Shown: positions 21,810 to 31,825 of the stretch, one piece after another
Numbering within the stretch: position 1 is the stretch's first letter
How the letters are laid out: every line of letters begins with the position of its first letter
Origin: an uncultured Candidatus Rokubacteria bacterium
Lineage (GTDB): Bacteria; Methylomirabilota; Methylomirabilia; Rokubacteriales; CSP1-6
DNA length: 64,000 bases
Direction: 5' to 3'
Assembly (NCBI GenBank): GCA_963754315.1
Contig: CAVWFS010000006.1
Coordinates: 64,001 to 128,000 of the forward strand
Notes under the pieces: model-generated
Told to the model about the DNA's origin: nothing
The model's database searches: none
What the model saw: the letters and a program-made list of their open reading frames with translations, nothing else
Made by a program: the position numbers and the translations under genes

Positions 21810-22508
21810 ATGGCAATAGGTGGCGTGTGGTCCAAGATCGTACGAATTTTCACGATCATGCTACTCTTGGGAGGGTGCGCCTCGTCATCGGAGCAATTCG
21901 CTGAAGCCCCGATCGTTCGGGTCGCCACGGCACCCTATGTCATCCAGCCAGGGGACACCCTCTTGATCAAGTTTTATTACCATCCGGAACTAGACCAAGA
22001 GGAGCTCGTCCGGCCCGACGGGAAGGTGAGCCTAGCGTCGGGCGTGTCCGTCAAGGCGGTCGGTCTGAGGCCAGAGCAGCTCGGCCCCGAGCTTGTCAAG
22101 CACTTCCCGAACCTCCGAGATCCAAAGATCGACGTTGTTGTCAAGAACTCAGAGGCCCGTGTGTACGTGGGCGGCGAGGTCAACAAACCCGGCTTCGTGC
22201 CCTTCCGGTCTGGGCTGACGGTTCTCCAGGCTGTCGTGGAAGCGGGTGGGCCCCAGGATACCGCCAATATGGACGACATCGTCTTCCTTCAGCGTCTCGA
22301 CGACGAGCACTTTCGCGCGTCCAGGATCAATCTGACGGAGAGCATGGCCATGGGGCACGCGGCGACCCACGTCATGGGCCCCGCCGATGTGGTGTTTGTG
22401 CCGAGGTCGGGCATCTCCAAGGCGAACGACTTTGTCACGCAGTGGATCGTCAACATGCTGCCTGTCCGAGCCTCGATGGGAGTCTCGGCCGGGCCGGTGG
22501 CTCAATAA
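21810..22508 (+). CDS. wza: Polysaccharide export lipoprotein (Wza-like; Poly_export + SLBB)
   Basis: Lipobox LGGC, YVIQPGD.L, VRPDGKVSL, VYVGGEVNKPG, D.VFVP. Confidence 0.85.
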   Translation: MAIGGVWSKIVRIFTIMLLLGGCASSSEQFAEAPIVRVATAPYVIQPGDTLLIKFYYHPELDQEELVRPDGKVSLASGVSVKAVGLRPEQLGPELVKHFPNLRDPKIDVVVKNSEARVYVGGEVNKPGFVPFRSGLTVLQAVVEAGGPQDTANMDDIVFLQRLDDEHFRASRINLTESMAMGHAATHVMGPADVVFVPRSGISKANDFVTQWIVNMLPVRASMGVSAGPVAQ

Positions 22509-23248
22509 TGGTGACGCCTATGAGCACAGGCATGAAGCTCCTTGCTGGGTTCACCTGCCTCATCGCCGCCGTCTCCGCCGCGGGATGTGCATCATCGAAT
22601 AAACAGGCTGCGGGGCCGCCGTTGGGGGCAATGATGGCCGCGAACACGGCGGTGGAACCCAAGGTGCCTGCGAACTACGTGATCCAGCCGGGCGACGTCC
22701 TGCTGATCAAGTTTGAGTTCCACCCCGATCACGACCAGACGGTCACCGTGAGGACCGACGGAGGGATCACCCTGCCCTTGGCAGGCGAGGTCAAGGCGGC
22801 TGGGCTCATGCCCGAGCAGCTCGCCGACGAGCTCACGCGGTTGTACTCCAAGAACCTGCGCGACCCCAGGATCTCCGTGGGTCTGAAGGTGACGAGCCTG
22901 AGCCGTGTCTACGTGGGCGGCGAAGTCAACAAGCCCGGCTTCGTGTTCTATCGACCGGGCCTGACCGCGGTTCAAGCCGTGGTCGGCGCCGGCGGACCCA
23001 AGTTCACGGGTGCCATGGACAAGGTCGTCCTCGTCAGGATGATCGACGAAACGCGATACCAGGCCACCGTCATCGACTTGGCCAAGGCGGTCGAGAAGGG
23101 CGACACTACCGACTCGCTGGCCCTCGGTCCCAACGACGTGCTCTACGTCCCCAAGACCGGAATCGCCAAGGCGAACGTGTGGAACACGCAGTGGGTCATC
23201 AACATGAACCCGTTCCGTGGCTTTTTCACGATCCCGTTCTATCCATGA
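22508..23248 (+). CDS. wza: Second Wza-like polysaccharide export lipoprotein
   Basis: TAATG overlap with the previous gene; lipobox AAGC; same motifs (YVIQPGD, VRTDGGITLP, VYVGGEVNKPG). Confidence 0.85.
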   Translation: MVTPMSTGMKLLAGFTCLIAAVSAAGCASSNKQAAGPPLGAMMAANTAVEPKVPANYVIQPGDVLLIKFEFHPDHDQTVTVRTDGGITLPLAGEVKAAGLMPEQLADELTRLYSKNLRDPRISVGLKVTSLSRVYVGGEVNKPGFVFYRPGLTAVQAVVGAGGPKFTGAMDKVVLVRMIDETRYQATVIDLAKAVEKGDTTDSLALGPNDVLYVPKTGIAKANVWNTQWVINMNPFRGFFTIPFYP

Positions 23249-23273
23249 TGCGAAGTGGCGGGACGCTCATGAC

Positions 23274-23293
23274 GGAGGCGCTCCAGCGCCTCC
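23274..23293 (+). other. Intergenic GC-rich hairpin (possible attenuator or mRNA-stability stem)
   Basis: GGAGGCGC-TCCA-GCGCCTCC between the second wza and the co-polymerase gene; only a weak U tract follows. Confidence 0.4.
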
Positions 23294-23326
23294 CTTGCTC
23301 ACACGATCAGCGAAAAGGGGTCTGAA

Positions 23327-24994
23327 ATGGGTATTGAGGACAGGCTCAGCGGAAGTCGCCGACTCATTAGCGACGTCCTGCACGTCATCTTCAAGCGCAA
23401 GGTGCTCATTCTCGTTGTGTTCCTGGCGATCTTTACAGGAACGGTGGCGGGGGCCTTGCAGATGCCGCGGGAGTATGAAGCGACGAGCATCGTGCTCATC
23501 AAGCGCGACCGCTCCGAGACGCCCGTGAGTCCTGGACAGGGAACCGGTCGCGAGGTCACCATGCGGGTGAACCCCGATCAGGACCTGAGATCGGAAGCCG
23601 CGCTCCTCCAGCGGCGCTCACTCCTCCGGCACGTCGTGCAAAGCATCGGCGCCGACAATATCCTGAAAGGCTCGCTGCCTAGCCCGAAGACGGTCCGCCC
23701 GAGCCAGGCCGCGCCGCCCTCGGCGCCCTTCGACAAGATCGTGTCAGGAACCCAATACGCCTATGCGACCTATGTGGAGCCCGTCATGGCCGTCCCCGCC
23801 AGCATTGCCGCGTCGTTCTCGACTAAGGAGCCGGTGTCAGTCGAGGACCAAGCGGCCGCCGCGCTGGGCCGGCAACTCCGAGTGTCGACGGTCGAGGGTT
23901 CCGACGTGATCAAGATTTCCTTCAAGGGTGAAGACCGCCGCTTCACCGAAGCGGTCCTCGCCTCCCTGCTCAAGGAGTACCTCGAGCGCTACCTGGATCT
24001 ACGCGCCACCCCCGAGGCCGCGGAGTTCTTCGAAAAGCAGACCCACAAGCTGGCCCTTGACCTGCGGCGGGCGGAAGATGCGCTGGAATCGTTCGATTCC
24101 CAGAACCGCATCAGCGCGCTTGGTCGACAGCGCGAGCACTATCTCAATGCGGCGCTGACTAAGGAGACCGCGATGCAGACGGCCGCTTCGGAGCGGCAGG
24201 AGCTCGAGGAAAAGCGCCGCATCCTTCGGGCGCAGCTCGACCAGCTCCCAGAGCGGGTTCGCCTGAGCGATGAGCGTCGCGCAAGTCTCGCCGCCGACCG
24301 GATCCGGACGAGGCTGTTCGAGCTGGAGAACCAGCGGGCGAGCCTGCTCCTCAAGTACACCCCAGAGGACCGGCGCGTGACCGACATCGACAAGGACATC
24401 GCCCGTTTGAAGGAGCAGGCCGTCGCCGAACCGCCCACCGAATTCTCACGCTCGGCGGAAGGGGAGAACGCGGCCCGGCAGGCTGTGATGACGGAGCTGA
24501 TCGCCACCGAGGCCGCCCTCGCGCGCGCAGAGATCAGAGCTCAGAATCTCGAGAAAGAGACAAAGGAGTTCTATGATCGCCTCGGGAATGTCGACCGCGC
24601 CTCCTACGAGCGGGCCCGCATGGAGCGTCGGCTGGCCATCCTCGATGACTCATATCGGCTGCACACGAAGAAGTACGAGGAAGCGCGGATCGCCGCCAAG
24701 ATGAACGAGAGCCGCATTGTCAACGTGGCGCTGGCGGAGCCGGTCCAGGTCGTGCCCAAGCCCGGCAACGGTCTCTTGCTGACCATGCTGGGCGGTATCG
24801 TCGGACTCGTGTCCGGGGTCGGGCTCGCCTTCGCGCGCGACTATTTCAGCGACTCCATCACGACGGAGGACAGCGTCCGCCACCAGCTCGGACTGCCGGT
24901 GCTGACCGCCATCCCCGATAGTCGGAAGAACCGACTCGACAAGGTGGCCAACGGAGGAAACGGCCTGAACGGGCACGGAAGGAACGGCCACTAA
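23327..24994 (+). CDS. Polysaccharide co-polymerase / chain-length determinant (Wzc N-terminal, GumC-like)
   Basis: Two TM helices flanking a long coiled coil; LGLPVL.AIP C-terminal motif; no kinase domain. Confidence 0.85.
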   Translation: MGIEDRLSGSRRLISDVLHVIFKRKVLILVVFLAIFTGTVAGALQMPREYEATSIVLIKRDRSETPVSPGQGTGREVTMRVNPDQDLRSEAALLQRRSLLRHVVQSIGADNILKGSLPSPKTVRPSQAAPPSAPFDKIVSGTQYAYATYVEPVMAVPASIAASFSTKEPVSVEDQAAAALGRQLRVSTVEGSDVIKISFKGEDRRFTEAVLASLLKEYLERYLDLRATPEAAEFFEKQTHKLALDLRRAEDALESFDSQNRISALGRQREHYLNAALTKETAMQTAASERQELEEKRRILRAQLDQLPERVRLSDERRASLAADRIRTRLFELENQRASLLLKYTPEDRRVTDIDKDIARLKEQAVAEPPTEFSRSAEGENAARQAVMTELIATEAALARAEIRAQNLEKETKEFYDRLGNVDRASYERARMERRLAILDDSYRLHTKKYEEARIAAKMNESRIVNVALAEPVQVVPKPGNGLLLTMLGGIVGLVSGVGLAFARDYFSDSITTEDSVRHQLGLPVLTAIPDSRKNRLDKVANGGNGLNGHGRNGH

Positions 24995-24999
24995 GGGCG

Positions 25000-26706
25000 A
25001 TGTATCTCGAGCATTTCGGTCTCCGAGAGAGTCCGTTCTCGCTGACCCCGGATCCGCGCTATCTCTTCATGTCCGACGGCCACAAGGAAGCGCTGGCCGC
25101 GATGGTGTACGGAGTCCAGGAGCGCCGTGGGTTCGTCCTCGTGGTTGGCGAGGTCGGCACGGGTAAGACCACGCTGATTCGGCATCTTCTGGCCCATTTC
25201 GAGGACAACGTCCGCACATGTTACGTGTTCAACACGCTGGTGAGCTTCGAGGAGCTTCTCGAGGCTATCCTGCGCGATCTTGGCCTCACATGCCATAGTC
25301 ATCGGCGCGTCGACATGATCGAGGGCCTGAACGAGTTCCTCATCAACGAAGCCGAGGCAGGCCGGTGTGTCGTGCTCATCATCGATGAGGCGCAGCACCT
25401 ATCCTCGGCCGTACTCGAGGATCTCCGGATGCTATCGAATCTGGAGACCTCGCGAAGCAAGCTCTTGCAGATCATGCTTGTCGGCCAGCCGGAGCTCCTT
25501 CGCCGACTGGCCCAGCCCAGCCTACGTCAGTTGCGCCAGCGCATTGCGCTCGTCGCCGAGTTGAAGCCCCTGACCTTCAGGGAAACGACGCAGTACATCG
25601 GCCATCGCCTCAGCGTGGCTGGCTGCCGCCAGGGAGTTCCGTTCACACGAGCGGCGTTGCGCCGCCTCTACGCGGCGTCAGGCGGCATCCCGCGTCTCGT
25701 GAACGTGCTGGCCGATCAGGCCATGATCCTCGCGTTCGGCGATGGAGCGAGCCGGGTCCGGCACCGGGTCGTCAGGCAGGCGGCCAAGGAGCGAAGCTTC
25801 TCGCCGCGGTCCTCGTGGCTGACGGAGAGGGCCGACTCGATCCGACCGACGGCTGCCCGTCGGGCCCGGTCGCCGTCCCGTCGACGGCGACTGCCGGTAC
25901 CGATCCTCGTCTCGGCCGCGGCGTTGGCGGCGCTGGTTCTGGTGGTGTGGAGCGTCCCCGACGTTATCGAACGGCTGCGCTGGAAGCCGAGTGCCGTTTC
26001 AACCGATGCGACCATGAAGGGTATGAGTGGCGCCAGCCTTAACCTCGTCGCCACCGAAGGCGCGAACACTGTCGCTACTGAAGCTCAGACCGTTGCCACC
26101 GAAGCTCGGACGGCTGTTGCCACCGAAGCTCCGACCGCTGCCACCGAAGCGCCGACCGTCGTCGGCCCTGGTCCGGCGGCGACCGCGATCACCGCCCCTG
26201 AGCTCCCACCGAGGACCGACCGACTCGACGGCGGCGAGCCGCCTGCGCCGACAACGACCGTCGCCACCCTCGGCAAGACCAGGGAGATCGTCGTGAGGTC
26301 GGGAGACACGTTCGGCTCGATCATCCGCAACGCCTACGGCCAAAGCTCGCTGACACTCCTCGACCACGTGGTTCAGGCCAATCCGACGGTCCGCGACGTC
26401 AACGTGCTCGAGGTGACGCAGCGACTACGCCTGCCGCCGTACAATCCGATGGCAATGGTGCGCCAGCAGGGTAAGGCGCGCTATCTGGTTCATGTGGCGA
26501 CGGTGCCGTCTGCGGAAATGGTCGAACAGATTCGCTCCGCCGTCGCCAGACACCGACGGTCGATATACACGGTAGAGGTCCGCCTAACGCATAACGTGAG
26601 CGGCCACCGAATCCTCATCGGTGACTTCGACGACCGGACCCAGGCCGAGGAATTCGCTCGATCGTTCCGACTGCCAATCCGGCTTTCCGACTCTCTGTGG
26701 GGGTAG
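25000..26706 (+). CDS. ExeA-like AAA ATPase with TM helix, LysM and SPOR domains
   Basis: MYLEHFGL.E.PFSLTPDP, GEVGTGKTT, IIDEAQ, GQPEL, SGGIPR.VN; later V.SGDT...NP..L.V.Q.L.LP (LysM) and R.LIG.F.DR..A (SPOR-like). Confidence 0.85.
   Translation: MYLEHFGLRESPFSLTPDPRYLFMSDGHKEALAAMVYGVQERRGFVLVVGEVGTGKTTLIRHLLAHFEDNVRTCYVFNTLVSFEELLEAILRDLGLTCHSHRRVDMIEGLNEFLINEAEAGRCVVLIIDEAQHLSSAVLEDLRMLSNLETSRSKLLQIMLVGQPELLRRLAQPSLRQLRQRIALVAELKPLTFRETTQYIGHRLSVAGCRQGVPFTRAALRRLYAASGGIPRLVNVLADQAMILAFGDGASRVRHRVVRQAAKERSFSPRSSWLTERADSIRPTAARRARSPSRRRRLPVPILVSAAALAALVLVVWSVPDVIERLRWKPSAVSTDATMKGMSGASLNLVATEGANTVATEAQTVATEARTAVATEAPTAATEAPTVVGPGPAATAITAPELPPRTDRLDGGEPPAPTTTVATLGKTREIVVRSGDTFGSIIRNAYGQSSLTLLDHVVQANPTVRDVNVLEVTQRLRLPPYNPMAMVRQQGKARYLVHVATVPSAEMVEQIRSAVARHRRSIYTVEVRLTHNVSGHRILIGDFDDRTQAEEFARSFRLPIRLSDSLWG
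26047..26157 (+). repeat. In-frame tandem repeat, five imperfect 21-24 nt units encoding (V/A)ATE(A/G)xT
   Basis: GCCACCGAAGC-cored units giving VATEGANT VATEAQT VATEARTA VATEAPT AATEAPT. Confidence 0.85.
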
Positions 26707-26713
26707 AACAACC

Positions 26714-27523
26714 ATGAGCAGGATCTTCAAGGCCCTCGAACGCGCGGAGGCGGGCCGCCGCCTCCCGCCGGGGCCTCGGCTCGACGCAGTTCACGATGTC
26801 GACCAGGAGGCGCCGGCGCCACCTTCTCCGGAGAAATCGCCAATCATCCTGCGGTCCTCGGAGGCGCTCTCCCCGGATCACGAATCCGAGCTGCCCAAGC
26901 CACGACACGAGCTTGCTCGCTTGAAGATCATGCTCGGCCTGGCCGCCGGAAGCACAGATCTGAAATCTGTGATGCTTCTCTCGGCGAAGCCCCGGGAAGG
27001 CGTCTCCACCGTCGCGCTGGGTCTGGCGCAGGAGGTGGCGGCGGCTAGCGCCAGTCACGGGGTGTTGCTCATGGAGACTCGGAGCGACCGGGCAGACCTG
27101 GCCGACTGCCTCAAGATGCCGGCGGGACCAGGGCTTTCCGAGCTGCTGGCCAAGAGTGCTCAGCGCGAGGAGGCTATCGTCGCCACCGCCGTCACCAATC
27201 TCTTCTACTTGGGGCGAGGCCAGCACCGGATCGACCTCTCACGAGCGCGCTGGACGGGGTTATTCGAAGAGCTGCTGGCCGAGCTGCGACTGATGTTCGA
27301 CTTTATCGTCATCGACGGAGGCTCCCTGCAGGAATGCACCGATAGCCTTCTGCTGGCGCGCGCGGTCGAGGGTGTCGTCCTGGTCGTCAATTCGCGTACC
27401 ACCAGCACCGGCGCCGCCCGGCGGGCCGCCCAGGGCTTGCGAGGGGCCGGGGCCAACGTTCTGGGCGTGGTGTTGAACCGGCGCCGCGACTACGTGCCGC
27501 GCTTCCTGGCCAACAGGATGTAA
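26714..27523 (+). CDS. CpsD/CapB-type (Wzc C-terminal) tyrosine kinase-like protein with degenerate motifs
   Basis: MSRIFKALE start, GLSELL, FDFIVID, GVVLVV, LGVVLN; Walker A reads EGVST. Confidence 0.8.
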   Translation: MSRIFKALERAEAGRRLPPGPRLDAVHDVDQEAPAPPSPEKSPIILRSSEALSPDHESELPKPRHELARLKIMLGLAAGSTDLKSVMLLSAKPREGVSTVALGLAQEVAAASASHGVLLMETRSDRADLADCLKMPAGPGLSELLAKSAQREEAIVATAVTNLFYLGRGQHRIDLSRARWTGLFEELLAELRLMFDFIVIDGGSLQECTDSLLLARAVEGVVLVVNSRTTSTGAARRAAQGLRGAGANVLGVVLNRRRDYVPRFLANRM

Positions 27524-27524
27524 G

Positions 27525-29045
27525 GTGGCCGTCGCTCGCGGCGAACTCCTGAGTCAGCGACTCAGGGTCCTCAGCCCGCTGCTCTGGGGTTTCGGGGTCG
27601 CCATCCTCTTCGTTGGTAGCCTGACGGTAACGGCCGAGGGCAAGGGCGTAACCGCCCTCGCCCTGCTCCTGGCGGCCGTTGGCGGGCTGGTGGTGATCGC
27701 TCGCCCTGAACTCGGCGTCCTGGCCCTGACTTCGACGTTCCTCGTTGGCTACTTCAGTGTGTTCGAGGGCGAAGGTCGCTTCACCCTGAACAACCTCCTG
27801 GGACTGCTGTTGCTCGGTGTCCTCCTCGCTCGAATCTATGCCGACCGGGACCCGAGTGTTCTCGCCGATCGCCATTTTCTCCTTTTCGGCATCATCGGTG
27901 TGGTTTTTGTCGCCAACCAGATCCTCACGGCGCACTTCACACCACCCGATGAACTGGCGGCGCTTGACCTCTCGAAGGTGCGCGTCGAAGGCTTTGTCAG
28001 CAAGATCGCCTATCTGCTCTTTGTGATCGCGTTCATCCGCACGCGAGCGCACGTTCTGATGATGGCCTTCGCCGTGGTGGCCTTGGTCCTTATGACGGTA
28101 CCCAATGCGATCTGGAATGCCCTTACCGCCGAGGGCGGCAACATCGAGAGAATCCGCGCCTCCGCCGACTTCGGCATCATGGCCGCCAGTAACGCAAATC
28201 GCTTGGCCTTCATGTGCGCCATCGCCATCGCCATCATCGGCTTCGGCATGAGCGCCGCCCGCTCCTGGATCGTTCGCGGTCTGGGCGTGGCAAGCATCGG
28301 GCTTTTGGTCGCGGGTATTTTCCTCAGTGCCTCGCGCAGCGGTCTGCTGAATCTGATCGTCCTCACGCTTATCCTGGTGAAGAAGACTCGCCCCCGCCTC
28401 TTTGCCGCGCTCATCATCGCGATCGTGCTGGTCGGGGTGCTCGCGATGGTGAGCAGCCCCGGGGGTCCGGCGCACGCGGTCCTCGAACCCGTGGAGGCCG
28501 CCCGCAACCTTCTGATCGACGTAGGGGGCGCAGTGATTCCCGAAAAGTACCTACAGCGAATCACCAGCGTCGGCCTTGCCCGCGGCGAAGGAGGCCACAC
28601 CTCGACGGCGGGTCGTCTCGGTCTCATCAAGACAGGCTTCCAGGCCTTTCTGGAGCAGCCGTGGGTCGGGATCGGGGTGGGGAACTTTCGCTGGGTGGCA
28701 ATCGCCGACTATCAGGCTGATCGGGTCTCTGCGCTCCACAATTCGTATCTCCTCGCCCTGGTCGAGGGCGGAGTCCTCCTCTTCATTCCCTACGTGGCGC
28801 TGTACGCGTATACCTGGAGGAGTTTGAAGCGCAGCCGGCGGCTGGCCGCGGTCCATCCCGAGGTGAAATTGGGGTGGCTCGTGGAGGCCGTGCACACAAT
28901 CTTCGTCTTGTTCCTGATCTTCTCCCTTTTCGCCGACCTGTGGCATGACGTGTATCCTTTCCTGATCGTCGCCCTCGCCGCCTCCCTGGGGGGCATCTAT
29001 CGCAGGATCGAGGCCTCGGCTCTGCCGCGGCCCACCGCGGCGTGA
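27525..29045 (+). CDS. O-antigen ligase/polymerase (Wzy_C) family membrane protein
   Basis: Multi-TM protein with NAN.LA, SASRSG, PW.GIG.GNF and LHNSYL..LVEGG motifs. Confidence 0.85.
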   Translation: MAVARGELLSQRLRVLSPLLWGFGVAILFVGSLTVTAEGKGVTALALLLAAVGGLVVIARPELGVLALTSTFLVGYFSVFEGEGRFTLNNLLGLLLLGVLLARIYADRDPSVLADRHFLLFGIIGVVFVANQILTAHFTPPDELAALDLSKVRVEGFVSKIAYLLFVIAFIRTRAHVLMMAFAVVALVLMTVPNAIWNALTAEGGNIERIRASADFGIMAASNANRLAFMCAIAIAIIGFGMSAARSWIVRGLGVASIGLLVAGIFLSASRSGLLNLIVLTLILVKKTRPRLFAALIIAIVLVGVLAMVSSPGGPAHAVLEPVEAARNLLIDVGGAVIPEKYLQRITSVGLARGEGGHTSTAGRLGLIKTGFQAFLEQPWVGIGVGNFRWVAIADYQADRVSALHNSYLLALVEGGVLLFIPYVALYAYTWRSLKRSRRLAAVHPEVKLGWLVEAVHTIFVLFLIFSLFADLWHDVYPFLIVALAASLGGIYRRIEASALPRPTAA

Positions 29046-30121
29046 GCGCGGCACCTCCGGTGCCGCCAAGGGGCACGGTCGCACCGAGCGTGTCAGCGCG
29101 TCCAGGAAACCCTCCGCCAGCACATCCGTTCGTGACGGTCGTCCTTCCCATTCGTAACGAGGCCGACTACATCGAGCAGTCGCTCGGCGCCCTGCTCGTG
29201 CAGGATTACCCGGCCGATCGGATGGAGATCCTGCTCGTGGACGGCATGTCCAACGACGGCACGCGCGACATCATCGGACGCATACTCGCTCAGAACCATT
29301 CGACGTCGGTCCGCGTGCTCGACAACCCAGGACGGATCGTGCCGGTAGCCATCAACCTCGCCCTCCATCAGGCCCGCGGCGACGTGATCGTTCGCGTGGA
29401 TGGCCACACGGTCGTGGCCACAGACTACGTACGCGCGTGCGTCGACTCGCTCCAGGCCAACGAAGCTGACTGTGTGGGTGGCCGCATGGTCGCGCGTGGA
29501 CGCGTCCCCTTCGGTGTGGCGGTGGCCCTGGCCACCAGTCATCCCCTGGGGGTCGGAGGGGCGCGGTTCCACTACGCGACGCGGGTCATGGAGACCGATA
29601 GTGTCTACCTGGGGGCCTGGCGTCGCGACGTGTTCGCGTGGGCAGGGGAGTTCGACGAGGAGATGGCCTGCAACGAAGACGACGAGTTCAGTTACAGGCT
29701 CCGCGCCAAGGGCGGGCGAATCGTGCTCGACCCATCGATCCAGTCCGTGTACTACAACCGCTCGTCAGCCCGGACGTTGTGGCGCCAGTATTTCCGCTAC
29801 GGACTCTGGAAGGTCAGGGTCGCCCAAAAGGTTCCGCGCCAGATGCGTCCGCGGCACGTCATTCCATTCGGCTTCGTCGTCGCCCTGGCGGGAGGTGGGG
29901 TGCTGTCGCTGCTGCACACCACGGTGGGGTGGGCGTGGTTGGCCATGGTCGCCGCGTACGCGGCAGCGACCCTTGGTACCAGCGCAACCCTCGCCCGGCG
30001 CGCGGGCTGGCACCTCTATCCGCGCCTGCCTATCGTCTTTTTTATCCTGCACGCTGCCTACGGCACCGGTTTTGCCGTGGGTCTCGGACGCTTTGCGGGG
30101 TCGTGGAGGAAGGTGGCCTGA
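29042..30121 (+). CDS. GT2 glycosyltransferase (ExoA-like)
   Basis: P.RNEA, VDGMS.DGT, RVDGH, NEDDE...R, RQY.RYG motifs. Confidence 0.88.
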   Translation: MSAAPPVPPRGTVAPSVSARPGNPPPAHPFVTVVLPIRNEADYIEQSLGALLVQDYPADRMEILLVDGMSNDGTRDIIGRILAQNHSTSVRVLDNPGRIVPVAINLALHQARGDVIVRVDGHTVVATDYVRACVDSLQANEADCVGGRMVARGRVPFGVAVALATSHPLGVGGARFHYATRVMETDSVYLGAWRRDVFAWAGEFDEEMACNEDDEFSYRLRAKGGRIVLDPSIQSVYYNRSSARTLWRQYFRYGLWKVRVAQKVPRQMRPRHVIPFGFVVALAGGGVLSLLHTTVGWAWLAMVAAYAAATLGTSATLARRAGWHLYPRLPIVFFILHAAYGTGFAVGLGRFAGSWRKVA

Positions 30122-30129
30122 GTGCCGCC

Positions 30130-31823
30130 ATGGACCCGCAATACTCGCCTCAGGGCCGGACCGAGCGCCTCATCACGGTGGGGCGGGTTGTCCTCGCTGC
30201 CGCGTCGCTCCTAGCCGTCTGGCTCGACCCCACGCAGCCTGCAAAGTACGCGGAAACGACGTACGCGCTGATGATCGCGTACGTCGTCTATTCCCTGCTC
30301 CTCGCCCTCCTCGTCTGGACTTCGGCGGTTCCCCTGAATGGCATGCGCCTGACGACGCACGGGATCGACCTTGGTGTCTTCTGCGTGTTCATCTTCCTCA
30401 CCAACGGCCCGCCGAGCAGCCCATTCTTCTTGTACATCGTGTTCGCGGTCGTCTGCGCTGCCTTGCGCTGGGCTTGGCCGGGCACGATCGGCACGGCCAC
30501 CATCCTGTTGGGGATTTCATCGGGATGGGCCTCTACGGGGCGACCCTCGATGATGACGAGGAGCTCAACCGCTTCATCATCGGTGCCGTCGACGTCGCTG
30601 TCATCGCGGTGCTGCTCGGCTACATGGCGGCCTACGAGGAGCAGCGCCGGAGCGAAGTCGGGAAGCTGGCTGCGTGGCCGGCGAGCGCCCTCAGCGAACT
30701 CCGCGATGTGGTGCGGCAGGCCCTCGTGCACGCCGCCGGCATCATCGGTGCGCCGCGAGTGGCCATGGCGTGGGAGGAGGGCGAGGAGCCCTGGCTCCAC
30801 GTGGCCATCTGGACCGGCGAAGACTTGCAGTGGAGCCGCGAGGCGGTCCGCATGGCCGCGACGCACGTGGCCCGGCCCCTGGAGGACACCGCGTTTCTAT
30901 GTCGGGATTCGCGCGCCACACCAGCGACCGTGCTCCACACCACGGCGCGCGGGCTCGCTCGATGGCAGGGAGCGCCGATCGCGCCCGAATTGGCGGACCG
31001 CCTCGCGGCGTCGTCCGTGCTCTCGCTCAGACTCCGGGGCGACTGGAGCGGGCGGTTGTTCTTTCTCGATAAACCCGGACTGACGTCCGACGACTTGACG
31101 CTCGGGCAGATCATTGCCCAGCAGACAGTCTCTCGGCTGGATCACTACTACCTGTTGCGACGCCTGCAGCAGGCGGCCATCCTGGGCGAGCGCGGGCGCC
31201 TGGCTCGAGACCTCCACGATGGATTGCTCCAGACCTTGACGGGGACCGCCCTCCAATTGGAGACGCTGAGGCGCCTTCTCGTTGGCGCCTCCAGCCCTGC
31301 CCTCGAGCGGCTGGCGGAGGTGCAGCAGCTGATCATCACGCAGCAGCGCTCCCTGCGCGCGCTTATTCGCGAGTTGAGACCCACCGGGCTCGTGCCCTCC
31401 GGCACCACGCCGGGATTCGAGGCCGGTCTGCGCGAACTGTGCGAGAGAGTGGCCCGACAATGGGGGCTCGCCGTCACCCTGGAGGTGGCCGGCGCGCCTC
31501 CGGCCATCTCCGGCTCGCTGGCAAGCGACATCACGTACATCGTGCACGAGGCCCGCGCCAACGCCGCCCGCCACGGCGAGGCGACGGCCGTCTGCGTGCG
31601 CGTGCGCTTCGGCGGCTCGGAGGTGACGGTTGCCGTGAGCGACGACGGCCATGGCTTTCCATTCCGGGGGCGTTATGCGCTGCCCGCGCTCATCGAAAAG
31701 GGGGTTGGGCCCTCATCGCTGAAGGAGCGCGTCGCCGATCTCGCCGGAGACTTGTACATCGACTCCGCCTCCTCCGGCTCGCGGGTGGAGGTGCGCCTTC
31801 ACCTTCAGCCTACGGAAGCCTGA
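30130..31823 (+). CDS. Membrane sensor histidine kinase, HisKA_3 type (frameshift near 30520)
   Basis: N-terminal TM bundle (MDPQYSPQGRTERLI...) in one frame; GAF-like region, ARDLHDGLLQ, NAARHG and DDGHGF in the next frame. Confidence 0.85.
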
Positions 31824-31825
31824 GC

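Noticed and set aside
26047..26157. Short repeated units considered as a CRISPR-like array
   Set aside because: Units are contiguous, in frame and lack unique spacers; no cas genes are present. It is a protein linker repeat.
25000..26706. Type II secretion or exosortase/PEP-CTERM system implied by the ExeA-like ATPase
   Set aside because: No gsp genes, exosortase or PEP-CTERM tails are recognisable in the window.
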